Of a stretch of 41,303 nt of DNA, positions 25,632 through 35,579 are shown piece after piece. This DNA is from a virus. Lineage: Duplodnaviria; Caudoviricetes. A program made the translations under genes and the position numbers. The stretch lies in IMG/VR virus record IMGVR_UViG_3300035494_000238, positions 1 through 41,303 of that record; one strand, written 5' to 3'. Position 1 is the first letter of the stretch. Each line of letters begins with the position of its first letter. The notes under the pieces were generated by a model. That model was not told the DNA's origin and made no database searches. It saw only the letters and a program-made list of their open reading frames with translations.

Positions 25632-28424
25632 ATGAGTGACGGCATCCAATACAGCATCAACCTCGACACCAAACCACTGACCAACGCGATTAAACAAGCG
25701 ATGGCTGACATTCGTGGGGAGGTGTCAAAAACCCAATCCCAAATCAAAAACGTTAAGTTAGTAGATACCCAATCCGCCAGCCGTGAACTTGCAGACATGG
25801 GTGTCAAATTCCGCTATGTGGCAGACCAAGCGGACAAAACACGCAAGGCCGGTTGGGGCGTTTTTAGAGAGGTCAAAACCTCCGCCGAACAAGCGAAGCC
25901 GCCTATCGAAAGTCTTAAAAAAGAGATGGGCGGCCTTGGTGCAGTTGGAGTAAGTGCCGCCGGGGGCTTGCGCACCTTTATCAACGTCGCGGCGGGGATT
26001 GCCGGGGTGTCGTTATCAATAGCAGGCCTGCAATCCGCCATTGCGTCCGTGATTCGCACCGGGGGGCAATTTGAGACCCTAGGCGCAACGATGGACAGTC
26101 TTATGGGTTCGGCGCAAGCGGGACAAGAGGCGATGGCTTGGATAGAGGATTTTGCTCAAAAAACCCCCTTACAGCTAGACGGTATCACTAATGCGTTTAT
26201 CAAGATGCGGGCGTTTGGGCTAGACCCTATGAGCGGGGCGATGGAAAGCCTAGGGGATGCAAACGCCCAAATCGGCGGCAATCAAGAATCACTCGAAGGG
26301 ATCATTCTTGCCGTCGGAAAAGCATGGTCAAAGCAAAAGCTGAGTCAGGAAGAAGCGGTGATGTTGATTGAACGCGGTATTCCGGTATGGAAACTATTGT
26401 CCGACGCGATGGGTAAAACGGAAACCGAACTACAGGAAATGGCAACCGCCGGGGAGTTGGGGCGCGATGCCATTCAAACGCTGATTGATGAAATGGGGAG
26501 GGTGTCAAAGGGTGCAATGGAAGCCCAATCAAAAACGTGGGCTGGTTTAGTATCCAACATGGGGGATTCATGGACGCGCTTTTTAAATACCATCGCTAAA
26601 AACGGAACGCTCGACTACTTTAAAGACCAATTGCAAGCACTGCTTGACAAGATACAAGAGATGGCCGATTCGGGCGAATTGGCGGAAATGGCAAAAACAA
26701 CAAGCGATGCCATTATCGCTTTAATGGAGGTCATTAAGTCGGTCATTGTTACCATCTACGAATGGCGTGAAGCGATTATCGCCGGGGGTGCGGCGTTGGC
26801 GGCGCTCAAACTGCTAGGGCTAATCACAAACATGGGTGTAGTGGTAGCAGGGATTAGAACGGCAACCGCATCGATGGCGGCGTTTAAAGCTTCCGCAATG
26901 GCGCTCAATCCGGCATTGGTTGCTATTGCGGGGACGATGGCTAGTTTTGAACTCGGCAAATGGGGCGCGGAGTTGGCGCTCGTAAAAACAGGCTTCTTAG
27001 ATTGGGCGTATGGCTCGGGGGTGGCCACTGATGAGACAGCGAAATTCGTCAAGCAATTAGAGCAATATCAAGACAAGATAAAAGGCTTTAGAGACCTAGA
27101 ACTAAACCTAAGAAGCGAGGGCTTTGACCAAGCCGCTGATGCCGTGAACGAACTCACGCGTAACCTTGTATTGGGTAAGCAGGGTATTGTCGAGGTTGAA
27201 GCGGCGGTGGCGCAACTTAAACAGGGCATAGACGACGCAAAACAAAAAGCCTCGGACGACCAAGCGGAAATGGCGCGCATGGAGCGCGAAAAACAGGCCT
27301 ATCGTGATTTAGTAGCGGAAAAGGAGCGGCTCGAAGGGGAAATGACCGCCCGACGCGTGGCGCGTGAGGAAGCGCAAAACCGCGAAGCAATGGAGCGCAA
27401 TTTAGCCGAAAAGAAACAGGCGCTGGAAGCGGAAAGCAAAGCGGCCATTGATGAAAAAAACCGCTCACTTCGTGAACAGCAACAGGCCGAACAGCAAGCC
27501 CAAAACGAGATAGAGCGCATCAAGCGCAACGCTCAAAACCAAAGCCTCAGCATCGAAGAACAGTTGATGCGTATCCGCCGTGAATCGTTGGGCGGGGCGC
27601 GTCAAGAGGCGCAACTCCGTGCGGACATCGCCACATTCACCGAGCGCGCTGAGGCGGCCATGCGCAAAGGGGACACCGATACGGCGCGGGATTACTTCGG
27701 GCGCATTCAAGGCCTGACATCCGAGATCCAAAAGACCGATGAAAAGGTGGCGGCGCTTAAAGCGTTAGATGACCTTAATAAGCGTATTGCGCGCAATGAG
27801 CAACAGCAAGTCGCGGCGGGATTGGACGCGAAAAGCCGCGAAACGCAAGCGGTCAAGAGTCAAAGCGCGGCAAAGCAAGCGGCCATTCAAGCTGAAGTGC
27901 GCGCCATTGACAGGATTATGGCGGCGCTGGAAAAACAGCGCGAAATCCCGGTGGACGTTGAAGACAAACAAGCGATTGATCGCATCAAACAGATTGAGGA
28001 CAAGCTGGCCGAATTAAGCAAGGGCATTACTATCCCGATTAAAACCGCCGGAAGTGGCGCGGGGGCGGTAAAGGGCTACAACCGAGGCGGACGCATTCCG
28101 GGCTACGGCGGCGGGGATATTGTCCCGGCATTGGTCGAGCCGGGTGAGTATGTGATCCGCAAGGAGATGGTGCGCAAATACGGAGTGAACTACATCGAGG
28201 CGATAAATCGAGGCATTGCCAGCCTTAGCGCCCCCCAGATGCCGAATATCACGATACCGTCCATGCCGCGATACAACACAGGCGGTTTAGTCGCGGCGGG
28301 AGGCGAAACCCAAACCATACAGCTACAAATCCAAAGCGGGGGCGCAAGCAGTACCGTGCGAGGCTCACGCTCGGACATCGATGGGCTGATTAAACAGTTA
28401 CGGAAATTAGAGGTGACCCGATGA
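25632..28424 (+). CDS. Tape measure protein
   Basis: 930 aa, Ala-rich helical; FAQKTPL, ERGIPVWKLL, C-terminal GGDIVPALVEPGEYVI. Confidence 0.93.
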   Translation: MSDGIQYSINLDTKPLTNAIKQAMADIRGEVSKTQSQIKNVKLVDTQSASRELADMGVKFRYVADQADKTRKAGWGVFREVKTSAEQAKPPIESLKKEMGGLGAVGVSAAGGLRTFINVAAGIAGVSLSIAGLQSAIASVIRTGGQFETLGATMDSLMGSAQAGQEAMAWIEDFAQKTPLQLDGITNAFIKMRAFGLDPMSGAMESLGDANAQIGGNQESLEGIILAVGKAWSKQKLSQEEAVMLIERGIPVWKLLSDAMGKTETELQEMATAGELGRDAIQTLIDEMGRVSKGAMEAQSKTWAGLVSNMGDSWTRFLNTIAKNGTLDYFKDQLQALLDKIQEMADSGELAEMAKTTSDAIIALMEVIKSVIVTIYEWREAIIAGGAALAALKLLGLITNMGVVVAGIRTATASMAAFKASAMALNPALVAIAGTMASFELGKWGAELALVKTGFLDWAYGSGVATDETAKFVKQLEQYQDKIKGFRDLELNLRSEGFDQAADAVNELTRNLVLGKQGIVEVEAAVAQLKQGIDDAKQKASDDQAEMARMEREKQAYRDLVAEKERLEGEMTARRVAREEAQNREAMERNLAEKKQALEAESKAAIDEKNRSLREQQQAEQQAQNEIERIKRNAQNQSLSIEEQLMRIRRESLGGARQEAQLRADIATFTERAEAAMRKGDTDTARDYFGRIQGLTSEIQKTDEKVAALKALDDLNKRIARNEQQQVAAGLDAKSRETQAVKSQSAAKQAAIQAEVRAIDRIMAALEKQREIPVDVEDKQAIDRIKQIEDKLAELSKGITIPIKTAGSGAGAVKGYNRGGRIPGYGGGDIVPALVEPGEYVIRKEMVRKYGVNYIEAINRGIASLSAPQMPNITIPSMPRYNTGGLVAAGGETQTIQLQIQSGGASSTVRGSRSDIDGLIKQLRKLEVTR

Positions 28425-28780
28425 AGCGATTAGGCGGCATTATCCTACCCGAACAGACACAGTGGACAAACCGATACAGCGAGACCCCTGTCGTGTCATC
28501 CATGCGATTCACGGTCAGCGGTGTGCCGGTCATCCAAGAGACGGCGCTTCAAGGCGGGGTGGCGGTGGTGATTGAATTTGTCGATGGCATAGAGTGGATT
28601 GAGGCTGGCCTTGTCAAACAAATCAAAATGCTTGAGGCTCAACTCGGGGTATCGCACGAATTCGAATTTGAGGGTGAAATTATGCGCGTTGTTTTTAACC
28701 GACAACTGCCTTGTAATTTTGCACAAGTATGGCCGGGTTCGACGTGGTACACCGGACAAATCAATTTAATCAAGATTTAG
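28421..28780 (+). CDS. Distal-tail-like protein
   Basis: Directly after tape measure; 119 aa. Confidence 0.55.
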   Translation: MKRLGGIILPEQTQWTNRYSETPVVSSMRFTVSGVPVIQETALQGGVAVVIEFVDGIEWIEAGLVKQIKMLEAQLGVSHEFEFEGEIMRVVFNRQLPCNFAQVWPGSTWYTGQINLIKI

Positions 28781-28789
28781 GAGGCCTGA

Positions 28790-29779
28790 ATGCCTATTTT
28801 AACCAGCGATGTGAAATGGAAAAGCAGTTTGACCGTTAATGACACCCCTGCAAACGGTGGACGCATGGTGCAGACCGTGATAGCAAGCGGCGTGAAAAAC
28901 AACTTGTTCCCGGATGTGCCAAAAGCGGAGCGCGATGCCGGTAGCGTTAAATACCGCAAGGTTTTTATTGACGTAGGCAACATCGATAATCACGCGCTGG
29001 TTGATGCAAGGGTGTTTGTCGATGTGCCTACAAACGGACAAGATGGGGTGCATATCCTGGCCGCCACATTTAGCGATACGCAGTCGGATATTAATGGCAC
29101 GTATAAAGAGTACGCCGCCGCTACGGTGAGCGAATCCACCACAAATGACACAACCAATATCAAGGTCACGCTGGACGTTGCCGGTTCGCAACCCTTCGCT
29201 ATCGGAGACCATGTGCGCATCACAACTCGTACAGCGGTCGATGCGGCGGGGTTTGAGGGTTACTTTACTTTAACAGCGGTGAGTTACACCGGCGCGGATA
29301 GCGCAACGCTGACGATCAACAATCCTGTCGGGGCTATTTTGCCAGAGCTAGGGGCGCGGGTTGCAAACTTAATCATGCTGAGTGAGGTCAAAGCAGGCCA
29401 CGTCAACTTAGTAAAAACCAGCGCAAGCGGTCATTTTGACGCGGATTTTTTAACCATTTACTCGCTCGGCGCGGTGCATCAAACGGTAAGCCTGACATTT
29501 ACCAGCGAAACGGCCTACTCGGTGCAAGGGGATGTGAGCGGCGTGATTGGCAATGGCACGGTCGGCGCGGCGTTTGAGCCGCTCAACCCGGCCACATCCA
29601 CTGAGATGATGCGCATCGAACCACAAGCTTGGTCGGGGACTTGGGCGGCGGGGGATTCGCTCACGTTTGAGATGCGCCCGGCGGCAATCCCATTGTGGTA
29701 CAAACGCATTGTCCCCGCCGGGGCAACCGAGGTCGCGGGAAATAATGTTGTTGTTGGATTAATCGGCGAATCGATGTAA
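28790..29779 (+). CDS. Tail tip/baseplate structural protein
   Basis: NGGRM...NNLFPDV...YRKVF...PLWYKRIVPAG patterns; position. Confidence 0.6.
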   Translation: MPILTSDVKWKSSLTVNDTPANGGRMVQTVIASGVKNNLFPDVPKAERDAGSVKYRKVFIDVGNIDNHALVDARVFVDVPTNGQDGVHILAATFSDTQSDINGTYKEYAAATVSESTTNDTTNIKVTLDVAGSQPFAIGDHVRITTRTAVDAAGFEGYFTLTAVSYTGADSATLTINNPVGAILPELGARVANLIMLSEVKAGHVNLVKTSASGHFDADFLTIYSLGAVHQTVSLTFTSETAYSVQGDVSGVIGNGTVGAAFEPLNPATSTEMMRIEPQAWSGTWAAGDSLTFEMRPAAIPLWYKRIVPAGATEVAGNNVVVGLIGESM

Positions 29780-30870
29780 TGAGCGCGCAACCACCGAGTC
29801 ACCGGCTAGATATAACCTTCGGGGATGACAAAGACAACGAGACGCTGGCGGTCGTTGACATTAAAAGCGAGAGCGCCAATGACTTCAAAACTATGTGGAT
29901 CGCGCCGTTTATGACCGCGAATGGCACTGATTATCACAAGCTAGTACAAGGGTATAAGCGTGTTTTTGTTATCAGCGATACGCCTGTAAGTATCAAACTG
30001 CTCACCACCATGCTTCCTGTTTCGAGCGGTGAGGTTGCACCCGACGGCAAAAAGTACCCTGACATTTATACCGTTTTTAAATTCTTTGTGACTCCGCAAA
30101 AACCAAGGTTTGGATATGAGCCGGTGCGGTTGGGCGTTAAAGAAGAAGACTTTATCGAAACGCTCACGTTTAAAAGCGGTCGAGAGGCGCGGCTTAAATA
30201 CCCGGTGGAGTCGCCCCCGGTTGTATTGCACCGAACTGATTTTAAAAACAAGAACGGTGAAATGTCCTTCCCGCCAATGTGGAATCCTGAGACCAAGCGC
30301 TTTGAGGCCTTGGAGAATGTCACAGGTGCGCTGTCGGTGCGCTATCGGGTTAAAGGGGAATTGTGGTCGATACCTTACGACTTCGCCGAACCCGTCGAAA
30401 AGGCTGTGCCGGTGTGGAACAATCAAGGCCATGCCGGGTATTCCGCCGGGGATTCGGTACTCGACCCCGCTGAGACAGGGATAACGCGGCGGGTACGCAA
30501 CGTAGTACTAATCAGTAACGCAACCGACATCACCATCCACGAATTAGACGGAGAGGTCGAACTTTGGGCACCAAAATTCGACTCAAATCAGCTAGAAAAG
30601 GAGTTTAAACCACAACTCATTAGTAACTTAGATGCAACGATAAAAAGTATAGGAGCCAACGGGCATACAAGTGATACGGTTGCAAATCAGCTACGAAAAA
30701 TCGTGAGTAAAAACCGAACGTTTGTCGAGCAATACCGTCAAACAACCAACGTGGACATCCCCGATGCCAGCGGCCAACCGAGTGGCGTAAAGATTCAGCG
30801 CATTAATCGCGTGGTGTTTAAAGATGTAAGCTCGAGCGAGCAACTCACGCTGGAGTTTAGACATGGCTAG
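29779..30870 (+). CDS. Putative tail tip protein
   Basis: Coupled ORF; shares ETLTF module with later tail genes. Confidence 0.55.
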   Translation: MSAQPPSHRLDITFGDDKDNETLAVVDIKSESANDFKTMWIAPFMTANGTDYHKLVQGYKRVFVISDTPVSIKLLTTMLPVSSGEVAPDGKKYPDIYTVFKFFVTPQKPRFGYEPVRLGVKEEDFIETLTFKSGREARLKYPVESPPVVLHRTDFKNKNGEMSFPPMWNPETKRFEALENVTGALSVRYRVKGELWSIPYDFAEPVEKAVPVWNNQGHAGYSAGDSVLDPAETGITRRVRNVVLISNATDITIHELDGEVELWAPKFDSNQLEKEFKPQLISNLDATIKSIGANGHTSDTVANQLRKIVSKNRTFVEQYRQTTNVDIPDASGQPSGVKIQRINRVVFKDVSSSEQLTLEFRHG

Positions 30871-31552
30871 TCTGCGCCTCGACCCTTTTCAGACGGTGGT
30901 GGAGATTATTAACGCAGAGGGTGTGGCGGATTATGATTTCTTGATGGGCGGCGGGGTTAGTGAGATTGCGAGGTTTGAGAAGTTTGGCGACCCTAACGTT
31001 TATGTGAACTACATCCCTTGGAATTGTGAACATGAGTCCGGGGTGTACCAACAAACCATAGGTTCGCCCACGTGCAGAGGCATAATTACCACAAGAAAGC
31101 ATTCGGTATTTCAGGTGGGACTCAGGGTTAAGTACCGATACGCCATCGTTGATGGGGATATTGGGGTTGAGATTTTTGGTTTAACAAGGAAATCAGGACT
31201 GCTGATAGAGGACGGTACTGAAACTCACAGAACAACATCAAGCAGTCTTGGGGTGTGGAAGAGTGGAAATGATAATCCTTACGTCATGCATTCATGCAGG
31301 GCGGCATATTTTAAGAAAGAACCGGATAATGATACGCGCTGGGCGTTAATCGAGCAATGTAGGGCGCGTGGATATAAAAAAACAATTTCGTCTTCGCCGC
31401 ATGAAAAAACCTACGCTGAACACGAAAATGCAATTAAAACCGCCGTGGCGATGAGTGCAAACGTTGAACCACAACGCGTCATTTTAAGACAAAGCGCCAT
31501 TAGTTTTTTAAAGGCAGAAATAGAGCAGATGAAAGAAACCTATGGCGGTTAG
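30863..31552 (+). CDS. Hypothetical protein
   Basis: GGAG SD, overlaps upstream stop; no recognised motif. Confidence 0.55.
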   Translation: MASLRLDPFQTVVEIINAEGVADYDFLMGGGVSEIARFEKFGDPNVYVNYIPWNCEHESGVYQQTIGSPTCRGIITTRKHSVFQVGLRVKYRYAIVDGDIGVEIFGLTRKSGLLIEDGTETHRTTSSSLGVWKSGNDNPYVMHSCRAAYFKKEPDNDTRWALIEQCRARGYKKTISSSPHEKTYAEHENAIKTAVAMSANVEPQRVILRQSAISFLKAEIEQMKETYGG

Positions 31553-31553
31553 T

Positions 31554-31596
31554 GGAAATAAGGCGCATTAACCCGGCGGCCAAACCCATCTAAGCT
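31554..31596 (+). promoter_or_regulatory. Putative late promoter 3 (tail tip/fibres): GGAAAT-N5-GCATTA-N20-TAAGCT
   Basis: Occupies the only sizeable intergenic gap in the distal tail region; same motif and spacing. Confidence 0.78.
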
Positions 31597-31624
31597 ATTC
31601 CGAATAAACAAAGGAGTAGTTTAA

Positions 31625-32002
31625 ATGGCATCATTTATTTATAACGTCACCGCACAGCGGATGCTTAACGGGGGATTGAGATGGGATCAGGGCGGGTTTT
31701 TATGTTCGCTCGTTGACAACACCTACTTGCCCGACCCAACAGAAACCACCTTCACACATCCGGCTGTTGTTACACAGCCCATGTCAACCTTTATAGAATC
31801 AAGCGGCGCGGCGGATGCGGATGATTTGATTTTTGAAAACCTTAACCACTCATCCGAAATTGTCGCGGCGGTCATTTGGGACGCCAATACGGGTGAGCCT
31901 ATCGCCTACATCGACAATGTAATCGGCTTCCCGATTATGCCCAACGGTACAGACATCCGCGTGGTGTGGAGCAACGAACCTGCTCGTATTTTTAGACCTT
32001 AA
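31625..32002 (+). CDS. Virion structural protein (putative)
   Basis: AAGGAG SD; GAADADDLIF...PIAYID...PIMPNGTDIRVVW. Confidence 0.65.
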   Translation: MASFIYNVTAQRMLNGGLRWDQGGFLCSLVDNTYLPDPTETTFTHPAVVTQPMSTFIESSGAADADDLIFENLNHSSEIVAAVIWDANTGEPIAYIDNVIGFPIMPNGTDIRVVWSNEPARIFRP

Positions 32003-32014
32003 AAGGGGAACGCA

Positions 32015-32452
32015 ATGATAGTAGGTAACGATGGATTAAATACCGTTCGGGTGATGTATGGCCGGGTAGACCAAATGCGCATTTATGCCGGGACGTTGCC
32101 CACGGTGGCGCAACTGTCCTCTCCGCCGGGAACTATGCTGGTTAATTTTAGTAACGACATCGATAAAGCGTCCGATAATTCGTTTTTTTTGAACGCGTCC
32201 AAACAAGTGCAATGGCATTTTGCGGATATTAACGCTGAACGAAGTTATGCGCAAGCGGACGCGATAAACTCAGGAACAGCGGGGTTTTTTTGGCTAGTAG
32301 TCGCGTCCGATAATTACGACTACTCGACCATTGCCGGTACGATTGGCGAAATTGGCTCGGGGGCGGATTTGGAACTGCCTAGTACGAGTATCGCGGTCGG
32401 AGACGTGGTTAAATTCCAAAGCCTCATCATTAACCTCGACATTTTTAGTTAG
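32015..32452 (+). CDS. Virion structural protein (putative)
   Basis: IYAGTLP...SGTAGFF...GSGADLELPSTSIAVG. Confidence 0.65.
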   Translation: MIVGNDGLNTVRVMYGRVDQMRIYAGTLPTVAQLSSPPGTMLVNFSNDIDKASDNSFFLNASKQVQWHFADINAERSYAQADAINSGTAGFFWLVVASDNYDYSTIAGTIGEIGSGADLELPSTSIAVGDVVKFQSLIINLDIFS

Positions 32453-32457
32453 CGCCA

Positions 32458-34545
32458 ATGGCAACCCATTCTGTCGCGCTGACGCTCACGCACCGTCACG
32501 CCGCATCACTGTCGGTCAGTCTTGCGCGCCCGGTCAGTATTAACCTCGAAATCAACCATCGGCATGATTTGACGCTTGATTTAGCGCGGATAAACTCGCT
32601 CTCGCTCAATATCGCCTTCAACCAGCGGCATCAGGCGGCGATTGAGGCGGCCATTACTCGCTCGGTATTGCTTGGCCTTGATGTTACACACAAGCACACC
32701 ATCGCCCCCGGCCTGATGATACCTTATAAGGCCTATCCTGCTCCGATTGAGGGGGCGGCGTTTGGTCAAGCTACGGCGCGGTTTGCAGACTTAATGGCCG
32801 GGGCGATACAAGGGACGGTTAATCCCGCGTTAATTTTTTACGTTGACGCGGTGCTTACACGCCCGGTGCGCGGAGAGTGGGGGCAACATAAACTCGATAT
32901 CGGAGTTAAACCCGACCCGATAGATGGGGCGGAATTTGGCCTTAATCGATTAGCGTATGGCATTAAAACGGCGCATATAAGCCTGTATGACCTGTGGCCT
33001 AAGATTCGCGTCGGGCATCAAGCCCTGTATGCCAACGCGCCATTTGTGCGTATCGGTCACGCGCTCAAGCTCACGCCATCACTGCAAGCGCGTCACGCTA
33101 CGCTGTACGGTGTCACCACGGCGATGGCCTGCGCCTTAATTGCGGGTTACGACTTATTAAAAGGTGACCCGATGCAGGCCTGGCATCAAGTCGCCTACCG
33201 CTCACGTTTGGACGCGTCGCACCGAATCACCTATCAGGCGGGGGCGGTCGTTAAGGGTGCGCATGAGTCCGGTTACGACACTAGCCCGGCGCTATCGGTC
33301 AAGCACCAAGCCGGATACCAAAGCGCGGTCACTTTACACGTATCGCACGGCGCGTTTTATCAGCCAACCGGACAACTCACCGCGTCGCACGCGATGACTT
33401 ACGTGGCACGGCATGACCTCGGCGCGGGATTTATCGCCGGTTGGGATTTGACGCTAAACACCCCGCTTGTCGCGTCGCATACGATGGCATGGTATGGCGA
33501 TTCGCTGGCCGTGTTTGCGCCCCACCCCGATGTAAGCGCGTGGCACGGACATACCCGGCTTGATTTTGAGCGCATCGAATGGCTGATTGATGAGGATAGC
33601 GTCGGTTGGAGCGCGTCAATCACGCTGTTGGATTACGCGCAATATGCAGGCCTGCAAGCTAACTCGCCTATTACGATTAAAGCTGATGGCCATGAGTGGG
33701 CGCTGGTCGTTGCAAATAAGGCGATACGGCGCTCATTCGGAGAGCGCGATATGGAGGTGTTGGCAGTGTCACCGGTGGCGCAACTTGAGGCTGTACCGTT
33801 TGATGGGGATTTGACCGGACAACTCGCCAGCGCAACCGTCGGTATGTTGGTGGATGGGTTGGATTGGCAGATTGAGGATTGGGTATTGACCGATGCCGCT
33901 GTTTTTTATGAAACCGACAAGCTGGCCGTGATTAAAGCGATTACACAAGCGGTCGGGGGTATCGTGCAGTCCGGGCAAAATGGGTTGACCGTTGCGCGCC
34001 ATAAATACCCTAATCCGCTTAACACCCTTGATACAGCAACGGTGGATTTTTACATTGCCGCTGATACCAATCTGATCGACATCGCCGAATCAATGGTGCA
34101 GGGTAAGCGCATTAATCGCGTTATTGTGACCAATAATCAAGACGACGGACAAAGCGGCCAGCATGATTACAGCGTGACCATGCTGGGGGCTACGACGGCG
34201 CGCATCGATGTGTACACCGCAAAAAACCCTCAAACCCTTACCTTGCTGACAACCGGCAACCCCGATACCGTGTCGATTAGCGAGAGAGCGGTCAACCTCG
34301 GCCAGACCGTTGAGCAAACGGTAGAGTTTAAAGCAGGACAATCAAGCATTAAGCATCACGCGGTGGGCTTGGTCGGATTGCGATGGATGTATCAATCGCT
34401 CGGCGAAGTGAGCGTGCAGGGCAACCGCCTTGTTGCACAACACGACGGCTACAGCGTCGCGGAAGTGACCTACACGGTCAATACGGCCAGTTGGCAGGTC
34501 AACAATATCACCCCCGAATTAACGCAGTTTATTATTGTGGAGTAA
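32458..34545 (+). CDS. Tail hub-like protein with N-terminal His-periodic repeats
   Basis: 22-aa and 14-aa His repeats, then LAVIKAITQAVGG...INRVIV hub-like segment. Confidence 0.65.
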   Translation: MATHSVALTLTHRHAASLSVSLARPVSINLEINHRHDLTLDLARINSLSLNIAFNQRHQAAIEAAITRSVLLGLDVTHKHTIAPGLMIPYKAYPAPIEGAAFGQATARFADLMAGAIQGTVNPALIFYVDAVLTRPVRGEWGQHKLDIGVKPDPIDGAEFGLNRLAYGIKTAHISLYDLWPKIRVGHQALYANAPFVRIGHALKLTPSLQARHATLYGVTTAMACALIAGYDLLKGDPMQAWHQVAYRSRLDASHRITYQAGAVVKGAHESGYDTSPALSVKHQAGYQSAVTLHVSHGAFYQPTGQLTASHAMTYVARHDLGAGFIAGWDLTLNTPLVASHTMAWYGDSLAVFAPHPDVSAWHGHTRLDFERIEWLIDEDSVGWSASITLLDYAQYAGLQANSPITIKADGHEWALVVANKAIRRSFGERDMEVLAVSPVAQLEAVPFDGDLTGQLASATVGMLVDGLDWQIEDWVLTDAAVFYETDKLAVIKAITQAVGGIVQSGQNGLTVARHKYPNPLNTLDTATVDFYIAADTNLIDIAESMVQGKRINRVIVTNNQDDGQSGQHDYSVTMLGATTARIDVYTAKNPQTLTLLTTGNPDTVSISERAVNLGQTVEQTVEFKAGQSSIKHHAVGLVGLRWMYQSLGEVSVQGNRLVAQHDGYSVAEVTYTVNTASWQVNNITPELTQFIIVE

Positions 34546-34547
34546 CC

Positions 34548-35060
34548 ATGAGCAACACTTACAAGACAAGTCTGACTATCCAATTCGGAGAGTCTACTTC
34601 CGGGGTAGACTTTAGCGCCGAAGTCGATAGCCGCGAAAACGGCTACAACAAAGGAAAAACCACGTTTAGCCCATCTGTCCCGGGTAAGCCGGGCGATAAC
34701 GCCTACTTCCTCGTTTTTTTGGCTGACAAATTCACCATCACCCCCTACTCAAGCGCGGGGGCGGTGGTATACCAAGAGACGCGATTAATCGAGTACACCG
34801 AGACGTTGACGTTTACCGATTCGCAAGCCTCGACATCAAAACCAATTGAGAGCATCGCAAATCGCCGATGGGTTGGGGTTAATGGCGGGGCGCTCACGTT
34901 TGACGTTGGCACTAAATCCATTAAGTGCGCCGATGGCGTAAAGATTGCCGTCGCCCAAATCAGCTACCTCGCTAAAGCCAGGGTGTATTACCTGAGCGCT
35001 CCGGACAAGGCGGTGCTGGGCGATGTAGGACAAGTCGCGGTATTGCTGGAGGCTAATTAA
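34548..35060 (+). CDS. Putative tail tip protein
   Basis: GGAG SD, ATG 34548; ETLTF module. Confidence 0.6.
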   Translation: MSNTYKTSLTIQFGESTSGVDFSAEVDSRENGYNKGKTTFSPSVPGKPGDNAYFLVFLADKFTITPYSSAGAVVYQETRLIEYTETLTFTDSQASTSKPIESIANRRWVGVNGGALTFDVGTKSIKCADGVKIAVAQISYLAKARVYYLSAPDKAVLGDVGQVAVLLEAN

Positions 35061-35356
35061 TGCGCGTCGAGGTTTTAAGAGACCCCGCTGATAAAGATGG
35101 CGGCGTGATTTACGAACCACTTATCAACACCCTGTCAGGGCTGGTCGCTCGCGGTCGGCTTGAGATTGAGGGAGGTGAAAAACAAACCCTCGTGCAGATT
35201 AACACCCCATTTATGCCCGATGCACGAACCGGTGCGGTGGTAGAAGTGGCAGACGAGTTAGGCCTGCGCTGGCGCGGAAAGATTAGTGGCATAAAGCACA
35301 CGCACGAACTCGGAATGACAAGCACAACGCTGGAGGTGGTGCGCCGTGAACGTTAA
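35060..35356 (+). CDS. Small tail protein resembling the C-terminal barrel of baseplate hub proteins
   Basis: PFMPDARTGAVVEV...GKISGIKHT...STTLEV. Confidence 0.55.
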   Translation: MRVEVLRDPADKDGGVIYEPLINTLSGLVARGRLEIEGGEKQTLVQINTPFMPDARTGAVVEVADELGLRWRGKISGIKHTHELGMTSTTLEVVRRER

Positions 35357-35567
35357 TCAGTTGGCTGAACTGCGCCGAATCGTGGCCGGAGAAACGACCT
35401 ACCCCGGAAAGGTGGTTGACATTGAAAACGGGGGCGCGGTGGTCGCTACATCAAAGGGTTTGCAAAAAACACGCACCTTTGCCGAAATTGGCAGTCGCGT
35501 GGTCATGCAAGATGGGGAAATTTTGCGCGTGTCAAAAACCGAGAAGTTGCCGCAATATACGGTTTAA
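35346..35567 (+). CDS. Small tail protein (OB-fold-like)
   Basis: GKVVDI...IGSRVVMQDG; GGAGG SD. Confidence 0.5.
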   Translation: MNVNQLAELRRIVAGETTYPGKVVDIENGGAVVATSKGLQKTRTFAEIGSRVVMQDGEILRVSKTEKLPQYTV

Positions 35568-35579
35568 AGGAGACACACG

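Noticed and set aside
14138-30432. Long antisense ORFs (e.g. 14138..14761, 15279..15830, 20900..21397, 29941..30432)
   Set aside because: Shadow frames of well-supported plus-strand genes with no recognisable motifs
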